A stretch of DNA of 63,629 nucleotides, counting the filler, from Collodictyon triciliatum (Eukaryota): NCBI GenBank assembly GCA_043381765.1. It is 17 parts of 17 records of this genome, joined end to end, with 100 filler letters (N's around TTAATTAATTAA, not from the genome) between each part and the next. Parts side by side here need not be neighbours in the genome. Positions count along the whole stretch, not along the records: positions 11,828 to 14,876 come from JBHJMP010006797.1; positions 14,977 to 18,822 come from JBHJMP010006798.1; positions 18,923 to 22,767 come from JBHJMP010006799.1; positions 22,868 to 26,712 come from JBHJMP010006800.1; positions 26,813 to 30,657 come from JBHJMP010006801.1; 12 more parts are not named here. One strand, 5' to 3'. Made by a program: the position numbers and the translations under genes. Below, in pieces: positions 14,618 through 27,108 of this stretch. Each line of letters opens with the position of its first letter. Position 1 is the first letter of the stretch. The notes below the pieces were generated by a model. That model was given only the letters and a program-made list of their open reading frames with translations. It was not told the origin of the DNA and did no database searches.

Positions 14618-16489
14618 CTGCAGTCGAAAGACAACAAGGTTCAAGAAATGTAAGTGGTGGCTTACACGCAATATGCATTTTATTAATTTTATGGAGTCTT
14701 TGCCCCAGATTTTGGTTATAAGAATAGAATTTACAGAGGCAGAGTTTGTGTGGAAGCAAAGAAAAAACAAAAAACAAAAAACGAAAAATAAAACGAAAAA
14801 TAAAACGAAAAATAAAACGAAAAATAAAACGAAAAATAAAACGAAAAATAAAACGAAAAATAAAACGAAAAATAAANNNNNNNNNNNNNNNNNNNNNNNN
14901 NNNNNNNNNNNNNNNNNNNNTTAATTAATTAANNNNNNNNNNNNNNNNNNNNNNNNNNNNNNNNNNNNNNNNNNNNAATAAAAGAATAAAAGAATAAAAG
15001 AATAAAAGAATAAAAGAATAAAAGAATAAAAGAATAAAAGAATAAAAGAATAAAAGAATAAAAGAACAAAAGAACGAAAGAACTAAAGAACTAAAGAACA
15101 AAATAATAAAAAAGCGCACCAAAATAATAATAATTTTGGGTGTTTTTAGTATTCAAAGAACCCATTTTTATAGGCAATTTCTGATGTTTTCTTTACATAC
15201 CTTCTAACATTATATTAAGCGTTATCAAAAAAAAAAAAAGAGACAAAGAAGAAACAAAAAAAACAATATACACAAAGTATACCACTCATACTTAAATATG
15301 CTGAAGCGATACAGGAGAGGGAGAGCACAGGTGGTTTAACCCAACAAAGCCGAGTCAGAAAGAGTTAAAAAAAAGCTTTTAAAAAAGAGCCAGCTCAGCA
15401 AATTCGACACGGCACATATCCCAACCAACAGACGAAGACTTTCACGGGAAAGCAACCCTGTCTGATAGAAAGGCCTTCTATAAAGGTGCGCCCGGTGATC
15501 ACAGTCCCAGGAACAAGCAAACACCAAACACAGCCAGCGGCGGTGCAAGCATGAGAAACGTTTGTCGATCCATAGCAGGAAATGATCTATATCCTTTTAT
15601 GGACCAGACGATTTGCCCAACCACCACGCACTGAGTATACTTCTCTTTGGGCGCAGCACCTGCGATTCTGCAAGCGTGATTCCCCAAGCAGCGTGCGATT
15701 TGATTGGGTTTGCAGCAAACCTCATCTAGGACGGGCTTCGCTTCTTGGTGCCAATTGATATGACAAGGTTTGATGCAGAGCAAAGAGACTCCAAACCCAC
15801 TCCATTCGGCATCGCTGCCCGTCTGTTCTAGGCTACTCAGGCAACTATCAATGTGCCGATAGTTTTTTTTTTTTTCGGATCAACTCGAATATTCTGAGAT
15901 ATACATCAGGGGTTTAATTCAGTTAGTGCATGTGAATATTCGGAATATTCTTTTCAGTAAATGATGAAAGCATCATTTATCCGAGTTAGCGATGCAGCGA
16001 ATGAGGGTGACAGCGACAGTACGACTCACTTAAATGAGTTTTTATTCCTTTTTGAAATGAGATACTGTATTACTACACGATTATGCAGAATCTAGTGAGC
16101 TTTGGTGTGCAGAGAAAAGATTAGACGAAATTACACCCCTTTTCGTCATATATCTACTTTCATCCATTTGTTCAACAGACCTAATCATGGCAGAAATAGA
16201 TTTTGTTGGGAAAGGTACTAGTTTCTCTCATAAATGACTCCTATCCAGACATAAAAGAGAGGAGTGTCTTTATTTTCATTATGAAGTATTGGCCACACGA
16301 ACAAAAGTGTCAACACTGAGTACTAAATAAAAAACATAAACAGCGTGGCTGCAAAGATTTTTGAAAGTAAACTACAATGGGATATACACGCGTTTTTATT
16401 TTGGATCGGTCGTAATAACATTTATATCGACTGGCTCGGGAGCACCTTACTGAGTGTAAAAATTTTCGTTTTATTTCCAACAGAAATAT

Positions 16490-18639
16490 TCACTGCTTAT
16501 CAAAAGCTTCGTATGTGGTACGGGAGTACCATCGGAATTGAAGAAATATCTGTGACAAGGTTGTTTTCATCAGTAGTCAAGTGTAAACATTTAGAGGTCT
16601 ATTACATAACCTTACATGATAAATAAATAATAAATAATAAATAAATAATAAATAAATAATAAATAAATAATAAATAAATAATAAATAATAAATAAATAAA
16701 TAATAAATAAATAATAAATTTGGATGCGGTCACAGAGGCAGGATACAATAAAGTCTAGGAATAAAGTTCCGGTGCTGTGTAACAAGTCTTCATCAGTATG
16801 TTATATCTCGACACGAAAAAGTATCAACGTGTCGCTTTTTTTTTTGTATACTACACAATATGACAAGATGTTTACCTCCCAAACAACCAAGGTATTTGTT
16901 TGATGACATAATCTTCATTAAGATCCCTCAGTAGTATCGACGCAGAGTATGTGACATTTCCGGCAATACAAAACATAAACATGTTTAGAGACAGCCCCTA
17001 TAATGATTTCATGTGACGATCGTCTCTCTTGTTGCTTTTTCAAGTACGAAAATCGATGGATATTATTTTACCTCGGTTGATTTCAGTATATGCTAAGGAT
17101 TTTATTAAGCCATTTTAGGGAATTTTAGAAGATAATGCACAAAAAAAATTTTCTTTTTCGATAATGTAAAGTACGCAGTTAACTCGGGATTTTGTAGTGA
17201 TTAATGAAGAAATTACATTCCTATATATTTGTGGGAGTCTCGCCGCTGTATAAAAGAACGCAGATATATAACCAATAATAATTCCTATATCTTCAACATC
17301 GTCATCATTTGAGCCGCCGCTGGAGAGTAGAGAGCGTAGCTATATATTATCAAAAGTATTCGGATTTAGAGGGATCTTTGGCTCTATGCTTTTTTATAAC
17401 CCGAGCAAATAATTTGAAATTTAATTATCTGAAGTGAGTTAAATTATAAAAAAAGAAAGAAGAAAATGATGAAAAAAAAAAAGGATGGGTATATATATAT
17501 AGAGAGAAAGTAATCGTATAATTTACCAGGAAGGAGTTCTCTTCTGAATATTTCTCCAAATCGCTAGGACGGTCATGCAGAAATAGATAACTGCTGTTGC
17601 ACCAAACTAGAAACGAAAACATTACGATAGGAATGTAATTAATACTATCTTTTGTCCCGATCTGGATTTCCTCTCCGCTTTCTTCCTCTAAATAATCCTG
17701 ATAAATCCTTTTGGAATTCTTCCAACGATAGTAATATACTTGGAGCAAAAGCGCAGATGTCGTGATAGTATACCAAATGGCGATGAAAAGCTATATATAT
17801 CAAATGTTACCTTCAATCAGTATAGCTGAAAATAGATAATAAATTTTGTAGTTAAAATATACCTGAGTGGGGAGGACATCTGTCAGAAGGCAGCCGACAA
17901 GATTCGTGACATCCCCAAATTCCCACATATATAGAAACGGTATACTGATCGATTCTCCTGACTGGTTCCTGTAGTTGTCTCGAATCTGTCTGTTCAGTTG
18001 AAATGATCCATAACTTAAACTTAGTATAACTTGCCTTGGTGTTGGCGATAAATAATTTTATGTAAGTATTCATTTAAAAATCTAACAGAGTGGGCCCCCT
18101 TTTGAAGATTAAGTGGGGTTACAGCTTCAATTTGCTGCAAGTTTTATTCATGACAATAGATTTGATGGAAAAATAATATCATATCGAACATCAGTGAGTA
18201 AGGCGTATCAATTCTTTGATAATCATTTTCTTACGGCCATCCCACAACGACCCAAAAGATTAAAGATATAAGTCCGACTATGAAGCTTGTTATGTCTCTG
18301 GAATTGTAGACCTAGGAATGTAGTTTTGTAAATGCTCGGTCAAAGAATTGATGATAAAACAAAAATTTGGACACATTTTAATTTTTGATAGTTTAAATTA
18401 TGTCGCATTAATTTAATGGTTAAGCTTCAGGCGTGAATGAAAAACATCGAAGATATGGGCAGTAAATAGAAATACCAGTTTGATAACACAAGTAATAAAA
18501 TGAGTTGGTGGCGGTTTCCATAATTTCAAAACAAAAAGAACACTGCAACATATTTTTTTTCGAAAGCAAGGCCACATATACTCACACAGTCACCGAAGGC
18601 GTTGTACATCCACTCAATGTTTCCGTTATCGCACCCCAT
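16490..18639 (-). CDS. PQLC2: PQ-loop lysosomal/vacuolar cationic amino acid transporter (PQLC2/LAAT1/Ypq-like), multi-exon
   Basis: MGCDNGNIEWMYNAFGDC; first PQ loop GWPQIRDNYKNQSGESISIPFL..GDVTNLVGC; second loop ARLPQIYRN..GLSLNMFMFCIAGNVTY; IPWLFGSTGTLFLDFIIFLQFRWY. Confidence 0.85.
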
Positions 18640-18723
18640 GGAGTTATCTAGTATACCATTTACAAGATTTTTTTTCCAAATTCTAGGATAACTGAAATCA
18701 AAACAAAGCTATGGGGAGCAACA

Positions 18724-18822
<99 letters not shown>

Positions 18823-19825
18823 NNNNNNNNNNNNNNNNNNNNNNNNNNNNNNNNNNNNNNNNNNNNTTAATTAATTAANNNNNNNNNNNNNNNNNNNNNN
18901 NNNNNNNNNNNNNNNNNNNNNNCATTTAATTTATTTTTATTTTTAAATCACAACTTGTCATAATTAAATCGGGTTACTGAAAAGATTTATCATCTTTTCC
19001 ATTTTTGGTGATGTAGAAAAAGAAAAATGAAATTTTGATTATATACTTGTCAAACTCACGTAGCATATTTTTAACCCAAAGATTAAAATCCAATTTTTAA
19101 ATACTATTAAATTTTAGATAGATTTACTGGTGCAAATTAGTGTATTTTTCAGTTCTTTATTTGACATAAATTTCAACCTAGAGTTGAACTATAGAATCTA
19201 TTTATTTTAACTAAAATTATGGACATGATATATACTGAAAATGAGGATTAAAAAAGACAAAACAAAAATTTATCAGCATTATTAAAAATTGAAATAAAAT
19301 ATGAATTTATTATCTCGAATATCAACACAATTTTCTAATAAGTTTTATGATACTTATGTGCAAAATTATAAAATCTATCGAAATTTACATCTTAAAAAAG
19401 TTGTAAAAAGAGAAATATTCTTACAAACCACACTTCACAATTATCATTTATAAAATATTTTGGTCAAATGGTATTATACCATGCAACTAAATTATGTTTG
19501 TAAAATTGTGCCTTGGCTTTTTTTCTAAAATCTCATATATCATATCACATCATGCTATATGAATTTTTCTGTAACACTTAGAAAATAGTGATAAAACTTT
19601 GAATTATAATTGAATTTCTGTTCAAAATTAGTCGATCAAAAATTCAAAATAACGGAAATCCAATTATAAATCAATGATAATCAAATAGAAGTCACAATAT
19701 TCGAATAAATTTAGAAAACAGAAGGCCGAAAATTACAAGAAAATATTGGATGAATTAAGAGAGTTGAAATATGCTGATTATTGAAGAATCTGATGAATTA
19801 TAATACGTCAATAGGCTCTATACCA

Positions 19826-22767
19826 ATGAGGAAAAGTCCAAAACTTCAGCAAATAATACTGGGTAAGCCCTTCTTATTTCTGAATCATTCTCTTTTCTTT
19901 TTATAATATATTCGTCTATTAGTTGCCACCATACTTGTATATATTTCATCGAGCTATGCACAAGTTTCTTCGATTTACACAACCGGAACGGGTCATACAA
20001 GTACTGTTCACAGTGTCGCTGTTACTCCTGATGGTTCAAAAATTGTTTCTGGAAGTACTGATAAAGCAATAAAAATTTGGGATAATTCTAATAGAACAAC
20101 GATTTGTACATTGAACGGTCATGCTGGTAGTGTTTACAGTGTTGCTGTTACTCCCGATGGTTCAAAAATTGTTTCAGGAAGTTATGATAGTACAATCAAA
20201 ATCTGGAATCTTTCTGATGGAACTTTGATTCGCACATTGACTGGTCATACTGAGTATCTTAACAGTGTTGCAATTTCTCCTGATGGCTCAAAAATTGTTT
20301 CTGGAAGTGGCGATAATACAATCAAAATTTGGAATCTTTCTGATGGAGCCTTGATTCGCACATTAACCGGTCATACCCGAAATGTTCGCAGTGTTGCTGT
20401 TACTCCCGATGGTTCAAAAATTGTTTCAGGAAGTTGGGATAACAAGATTAAAATTTGGAATCTTTCAGATGGAGCTTTGATTCGCACATTGACCGGTCAT
20501 AATTCTTATGTTCAAAGTGTTACTGTCACTCCTGATGGATCAAAAATTGTGTCTGGAAGCGAGGATTATACAATAAAAATTTGGAATCTTTCTGATGGAG
20601 CTTTGATTCGCAACTTGACTGGTCATACTAATTCTGTTCGTAGTGTCACTATCACTCCTGATGGTTCAAGAATTGTCTCTGGAAGTGAAGATAGAACAAT
20701 AAAAATTTGGAATCTTTCTGATGGAGCTTTGATTCGCACATTGACTGGCCATACTTCCACAGTTTGTGGAATTAATTTAACTCCTGATGGCTCAAACATT
20801 GTTTCTGGGAGCCAAGACCGAACTGTAAGACTTTGGAATTTTCATGATGGAAGTACTGTTTACACAAGAGGTTCCAAAGTTACAAGTATCATTTCTTCTC
20901 AGTCTAAGTCAACTTTTATTTCAGGGCACTCAGATAATATTATAAGAATTTGGAATCTGTCAAATGGCAATTTAATCAGGTCATTTATTGGACATACAGA
21001 TGAAGTTAACGCACTGACTTTAACAGCAGATGGCTCCACAATAATCTCTGGATGTTCAGATAAAACCATCCAGTTATGGAATGTTGATGATGGGTCTTTG
21101 ATTCAATCATTTGAAATACATTCTGAATCAGTTAACTCAGTTTCTTTAACTGCAGACGGAACAAAAATTATATCTGGAAGTAGCGATAAAACAATCAAAA
21201 TTACAAACATATCTGATGGAACATTAATTAGAGCGTTAATCGGACACACGGGAATAGTAACAAGTCTTGCTTTAACTCCAGACAGCTCAAAAATTGTTTC
21301 TGGAAGTGCTGACAAAACCATCAAAGTTTGGAATTTTTTTGACGGAACATTAGTTCAAGAAATAAAAGTTCACTCTGATGCGGTAAATTCTGTTGCTATA
21401 ACATCAGATGGAACAAAAATTGTTTCTGCAAGCAGCGATAAAACAATCAAAATAACAAGCATTTTAGATGGAACTCTAATTCGCACACTCAATGGACACA
21501 CAGGAATCGTTAAGACAGCTATTATTTCTCCAGATGGCTCTAAAATTATTTCTGGAGGCAGTGATAATACAATAAGAATATGGAATTTTTCAACTGGAGT
21601 CACAATAAATATAATGAACGAGCACATTCTTGGAATTAACGGAATATCAATTGTTTCTGATGGCAAGAAATTTTTGTCAGGAAGCGATGATACAACAATC
21701 AAATTGTGGAGCTTTCCTGATTTCAGCTTGATTCTGACCGTTTCAGGCCACACAAGTTCAGTTAATAGCGTTTCTTTGAGCCCAGATAAAACAAAAATTG
21801 TATCAGGAAGTAGTGACAAAACAATAAGAATTTGGAATTATGCTGATGGTTCTCAAGCACTTTCGATAAATGCCCATACAAGTGCTGTAAATAGTGTTGT
21901 TGTTTCGGCTGATGGAACAAAAATAGTCTCAGGAAGCAGCGACCAGACAATTAAAATGTGGAATTTCTCGGATGGTTTATTGTTGAGAACATTTAGCGGA
22001 CATACTTCAGCTGTTCGAAGCGTAGCAATAACAACAGATAGTTCCGTTATAGTATCAGGAAGCGATGATACAAATATAAATATTTGGAGAGTTTCAGATG
22101 GAATTTTAACTCGTACCTTATTAGGTCATTCTAAAAGTGTGAATTCTGTTTTCATCATTCCAGATAATAGCAAAATAATATCAGGCAGTTCTGATTTTTC
22201 AATAAAAGTATGGAATCTATCAGATGGAGCATTAATAGGAACCATAATTGGTCACGGAAATGCTGTCAGGTGTGTTATTACTTCTCCAGATGGAGCACGA
22301 ATTATCTCTGGAAGCAGCGATAACACAATCAAAATTTGGAACATATCAGATGGCATGTTAATTCGAACAATGACAGGACACTCAAGCTCAGTAAATAGCA
22401 TTTCAATATCACCGGATGGCACAAAATTGTATTCTGGAAGCAGCGATAAATCGGTCAAAATATGGACAATATCAGACGGAAGAGAAATTCGAACACTTCT
22501 GAGTCACACCGATTCCGTTAATATTGTTTTCGCTACTACTGATTCAAAAATAATTTCAGCAAGCACTGATAGATTTATCAAAGTCTGGAGTCCATGCCAA
22601 GGAGGATACTTTTTCAACCAGCAATCAAACACATGCGAAAAATGTCTGTCTGGCTCTTACAATAACGGAAACGAGCTCACCTCTTGTTTATTATGTCCAA
22701 CTGGAACTTATAATCCATCAACTGGTTCCACAAGCCTTAGAGACTGTCTTCTGTGTGAGGAAGGAAC
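19826..22767 (+). CDS. Signal-peptide WD40 protein: 21 WD repeats plus Cys-rich CxxC-GTYNP repeats, 3' partial
   Basis: ATG at 19826; GT-AG intron 19863-19922 gives MRKSPKLQQIILVATILVYISSSYA-QVSS. Then 21 GH...W[N/D/S/T/R] repeats from 19991, and CQGGYF..CEKCLSGSYN..CLLCPTGTYNPSTGS from 22595. Confidence 0.9.
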
Positions 22768-22943
22768 NNNNNNNNNNNNNNNNNNNNNNNNNNNNNNNNN
22801 NNNNNNNNNNNTTAATTAATTAANNNNNNNNNNNNNNNNNNNNNNNNNNNNNNNNNNNNNNNNNNNNTCTTTTTTCTCTTTTTTCTCTTTTTTCTCTTTT
22901 TTCTCTTTTTTCTCTTTTTTTTTCTTTTTTTTTTTCTTTTTCA

Positions 22944-22976
<33 letters not shown>

Positions 22977-23195
22977 CTCTTTTTTCTCTTTTTTCTCTTT
23001 TTTCACTTTTTTTCTTTTTTTTCTCTTTTTCTCTTTTTCTCTTTTTCTCTTTTTCTCTTTTTCTCTTTTTTCCCTTTTTTCTCTTTTTCTTTCTTTTTTC
23101 TCTTTTTTCCCTTTTTCTTTCTTTTCTTTTTCTTTTTCTTTTTCTTTTTCTTTTTCTTTTTCTTTTTCTTTTTGACAAATCTTATATTCATTCAG

Positions 23196-25376
23196 CAAAC
23201 CGCAGAGCAACAAATCGAAAGACCACTCCAAGGGAGATATGACTTTGCTTGGGAGGTTTATCGCACTCGCTTTGGAAATGCAAAGTTTGTGATGGCACCC
23301 ATGGTTTGTCTTCTACTATGTACCCTTTTTTCCACAAGTGTTCGAATATATTTCTAATCTACTATTTTTCTGTGATTGTCTTTATATTTAAATCCATATT
23401 TCTCATAATCCAAAATAAATTATCGCAGGTCGACCAATCAGAGTTAGCGTTTCGTATTCTTGTGCGCGGTTATACACCGGACGTATTGTGCTACACGCCC
23501 ATGCTGCATAGGTAAGTTAGTATTACAAAGTGAAATTTGTCATCTCTTCACCATCCTGCACAAAATTGAAAGGAAGAAAAAAAATATGGCAAATGGTTTA
23601 ATTGATAAATCTTAACTTAGCTATCACTTTTCGACCAACGAAAAGTATCGACAAGAGCATTTCACCACAACACCAGATGACCACCCCTTGATTGCTCAGG
23701 TATCAAAAATAAATCAATGTGTTGTATTCTTTGTGAAACCTTGCATATAGGTGATGTAATTTTAGTTAGTTGTGAAAGTTTCACAAAATATAATGAAGAA
23801 ATCCCCCGCTCTGTAGTTTTGTGCAAATGACCCTGATACATTGGTCAGCGCATCCAAGTTTCTAGAGAGTAAAGTTGATGCCATTGATTTGAATCTTGGA
23901 TGCCCTCAAGGAATTGCTAGACGCGGTCATTATGGCGCATTTCTGATGGAAGAGCCTGACCTTGTCTACAACATAGGTTTTTTTCTTTCTTTTTTATTGT
24001 TTTCATACGTCTTTAAAAATCTTCGATATGGAATATACTTCCCTTTTTTTTCTTGTTGTTGATATTGAGATTTTTAATCTTCCTTTCAATTTTGCGCAGG
24101 ATGGTGCTGTTGTTGAGATATATAATCAGTAAATTTTCCTTTTAGTGTCCAACCTAGTGAAGCATTCCTCTGTTCCTGTTACATGCAAGTGTAGAATTTT
24201 TGATGATTGGGAGAAAACCAAGAAGTGGGTCCAAATGCTCGAAAGTACAGGAATTGTGGTATGATTCACTTCGTAATTTTCTGTGAAAAAAAAAAGCAGC
24301 AATTAAAATCGGCCCTCTATTAGGTGACTTAATGTCTGGTTTTGTATTAGTGTCTTGCAGTTCATGGGCGTACGCGCGACCAAAAGCCAAACACAAAGTA
24401 CAGAGCGGACTGGGGCACTATCAAAAGAGTCAGGTACTGTTGCAATCAAATATCATGTTCTATATGTAAATACATCCACTCTATAACCCAAACACCTACA
24501 GAGAACTACTGAGAATTCCTGTCATTGCAAATGGCAATATTCGGCATCTTAAGGATATTGAAGACTGCATGGAATTCACTGGTGCGGTTGGGGTTATGTC
24601 TGCGGGTATTAATACGAGCGAATTATTTTTGGATTCCTATCCTTTGAATCGAATAAAGGGAAAAAAATTTTGGATTCCTATCGATCGACTCTACATTAAA
24701 TTCGTAATTCGTAATGATAAACTGATTAATTGATTCAGAAGAGGATTGATTGGTGTGGATTATTGAATATCCATCTTATTGAAATATATTTTAATACTAG
24801 AAACCTTGCTGGAAAACCCTGCCCTCTTCACTGGGCGAGATATTCATCCGTGCGAAATGTCTCTCGAATATCTCCGAATCTGCCAGAAGCATCCGACACC
24901 TGTGCGAATGATACGTTCCCATATATTTCAGATGCTTCATCCGAGGTGATTCTACATTCAAAAAAATTGTGCATTTCTGTGAATAGGATGATGGTATGCT
25001 ATAGTCCCAAATGAAATTGACTCACTTTTGAGACCCACACATAACCCACACCAGGCTATCAGTCCATACGGATTTGAGAGAGAAGCTTCAGGATGCACAA
25101 AATGTGCAGGACCACATCGATGTTGTCACCGAACTATACGACAGAGATTTGGTTTGGAAATTTTCACAACAAGCATGATAACTGTATGAATTACTTTTTC
25201 TGTAGAGGATATAAGCTATCGCTTTTATTTCATGGAATGAATGAGAGGAAAAAACATTCATCCAGAAAGGAATTTCCCCACCTCAACCGCCCCCGAAGAA
25301 CGAATCACCAAGTGCACCCACCGACTCTGCATCACAAGAGGACATTTCTCTGGAAGGATTCGATATCTTCGCATAA
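23196..25376 (+). CDS. DUS1: tRNA-dihydrouridine(16/17) synthase, multi-exon, 5' partial
   Basis: [95 protein letters not shown]. Confidence 0.95.
23547..23584 (+). mobile_element. LINE tail family A copy in a DUS1 intron
   Basis: CCATCCTGCACAAAATTGAAAGGAAG-A8. Confidence 0.75.
24071..24115 (-). mobile_element. LINE tail family A copy in a DUS1 intron
   Basis: TCTTCCTTTCAATTTTGCGCAGGATGG. Confidence 0.7.
24642..24667 (+). mobile_element. Retroposon tail family B, 26-bp copy with 15-bp TSD in a DUS1 intron
   Basis: CTTTGAATCGAATAAAGGG-A7 between two TTTTGGATTCCTATC (24627-24641, 24668-24682). Confidence 0.85.
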
Positions 25377-25407
25377 ATCGAACATAAGGAATAAGGACTC
25401 GCCCCGT

Positions 25408-25450
25408 TGTATGGCATAACCTAGCTACACTTTGAATCGAATAAAGGGAA
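25408..25450 (+). mobile_element. Retroposon tail family B copy just after the DUS1 stop codon
   Basis: TGTATGGCATAACCTAGCTACACTTTGAATCGAATAAAGGG, matching 4989-5030. Confidence 0.7.
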
Positions 25451-25566
25451 TAGAGAAAAGGGAGAAGGAAGAAGAAAAAAAACCTAATTTGTGGCGCCTT
25501 AACTCGTTCGCCCTTTATTCAATTGTGGAATCTATTATATTTCTACATTTTTACCTAATATGCATT

Positions 25567-26596
25567 TTAAAATTTCCATATTGTACAAAATACGACACAA
25601 TTAGTACCTATTTTTAACACTTGTAATACATCGTATGAATTGCTTTGAAAGGAGCCTGATTGGCTCTGGAAAAACCCCTCTTTTGCCATATTCACAAGCC
25701 CATTCAGACGGACGTTTCTGGCGGTGCCAACTGCTCTATATATGTTTTCCCCATCAGTTGTGGTTTCCCCTGCGCCACACACAGATGCTGTTGACATGAA
25801 GCGAGGCTCAAACGCGAATGCTGTGTTACCGTTCGACATATCATGCCTATAAAACAAGCAGACGCAAGTCATGGGAGTAATAGTGTAGAGATACATCAGA
25901 TGTTGGATCGGAGCTTGTTGAAGACACAGCCCAGGCCATGGACACTATTTGTTGTGGGTTGATTCTCAAAGTCCTATCATTTCTTTTTCTTCTTTTTTTT
26001 TTTTTTCATTTTCCTTTCGCTCGGTCTGGTTCATCCCGCTCTCCTGTTGATCATCAAGCGAGACTGGACACAAATCAGCCCGTTTTAATGCCCGTTTTGT
26101 TGCGGTTGTTTGGGTTTTATACCGTGAAAGCTGCACGCATACGCTTGTTTTCTTAAACCGCTCCGGGGGTTTTTTTTTTTGGAGGGGGCTTACAGAGCCC
26201 GTTTGATGAGGCTCTGTTTTTAGGTAAAGAGAGTCGCAAGGCCCTTGGTTGCTGTGAACACATGGCTAGAGCCCAATTCTTCTCCTTTTCTTCTCTCCAT
26301 TCAGCACGTCCTTTTGCCTTTTCCACAGGCGATAAACGTGGCCTCTTTGGCTAGTTCTAGATTCTGTCTCCTTACCATGACCATGGTCTGATAATCATTA
26401 TACAGAAAACAGAAGTCACGGGCGATGGAGCCTCCGCAATCTAACTCGCAGGATTCCCAAGGAAAACAAAAGCAGGATTCTAGGGTATCTCTCACATACT
26501 TTTCTAACGTTTAGTACAAGACTCCAAGAAAATCAAAAGACTGAATCCACACATATGGGCGATCACTTGACTCTAAAATGCATCTTTCATTTCTTT
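25567..26596 (-). CDS. Hypothetical multi-exon gene, 3' part
   Basis: GC-richer AG/GT-bounded segments, including an open frame HDMSNGNTAFAFEPRF...; family not recognised. Confidence 0.3.
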
Positions 26597-27108
26597 CTGT
26601 TATGCAGTCAAACGAAAAAACAAACAAACAAACAAACAAACAAACAAACAAACAAACAAACAAACAAACAAACAAACAAACAAACAAACAAACAAACAAA
26701 CAAACAAACAAANNNNNNNNNNNNNNNNNNNNNNNNNNNNNNNNNNNNNNNNNNNNTTAATTAATTAANNNNNNNNNNNNNNNNNNNNNNNNNNNNNNNN
26801 NNNNNNNNNNNNTTCTTTTTCTTTTTCTTTTTCTTTTTCTTTTTCTTTTTCTTTTTCTTTTTCTTTTTCTTTTTCTTTTTCTTTTTCTTTTTCTTTTCTT
26901 TTTCTTTTCTTTCTCTTTTTCTTTCTCTTTTTCTTTTTTTTTTGTTGGTGTTGTTTTTTGTTGTCTTTGGTTTTTTTTGTTTGTATTTGTATATACATTT
27001 TTATTTTCGTTACACCAATTTAATTTCTCTTACACTTATGTCCTTCTTTATGGTTACTCATTCGTTGGTGGACAAATAAAATTTAATGATTTTCTACGTC
27101 GCACATAG

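Noticed and set aside
15336-15840. GC-richer segment with overlapping ORFs (also 29560-30540, 41760-42489 and 52807-53400)
   Set aside because: Probably exons or UTRs of unrecognised genes, but no consistent frame or family could be supported.
21103-22458. Antisense ORFs over the WD40 gene and alternate-frame ORFs at 44936-45837
   Set aside because: They are shadows of repetitive coding sequence.
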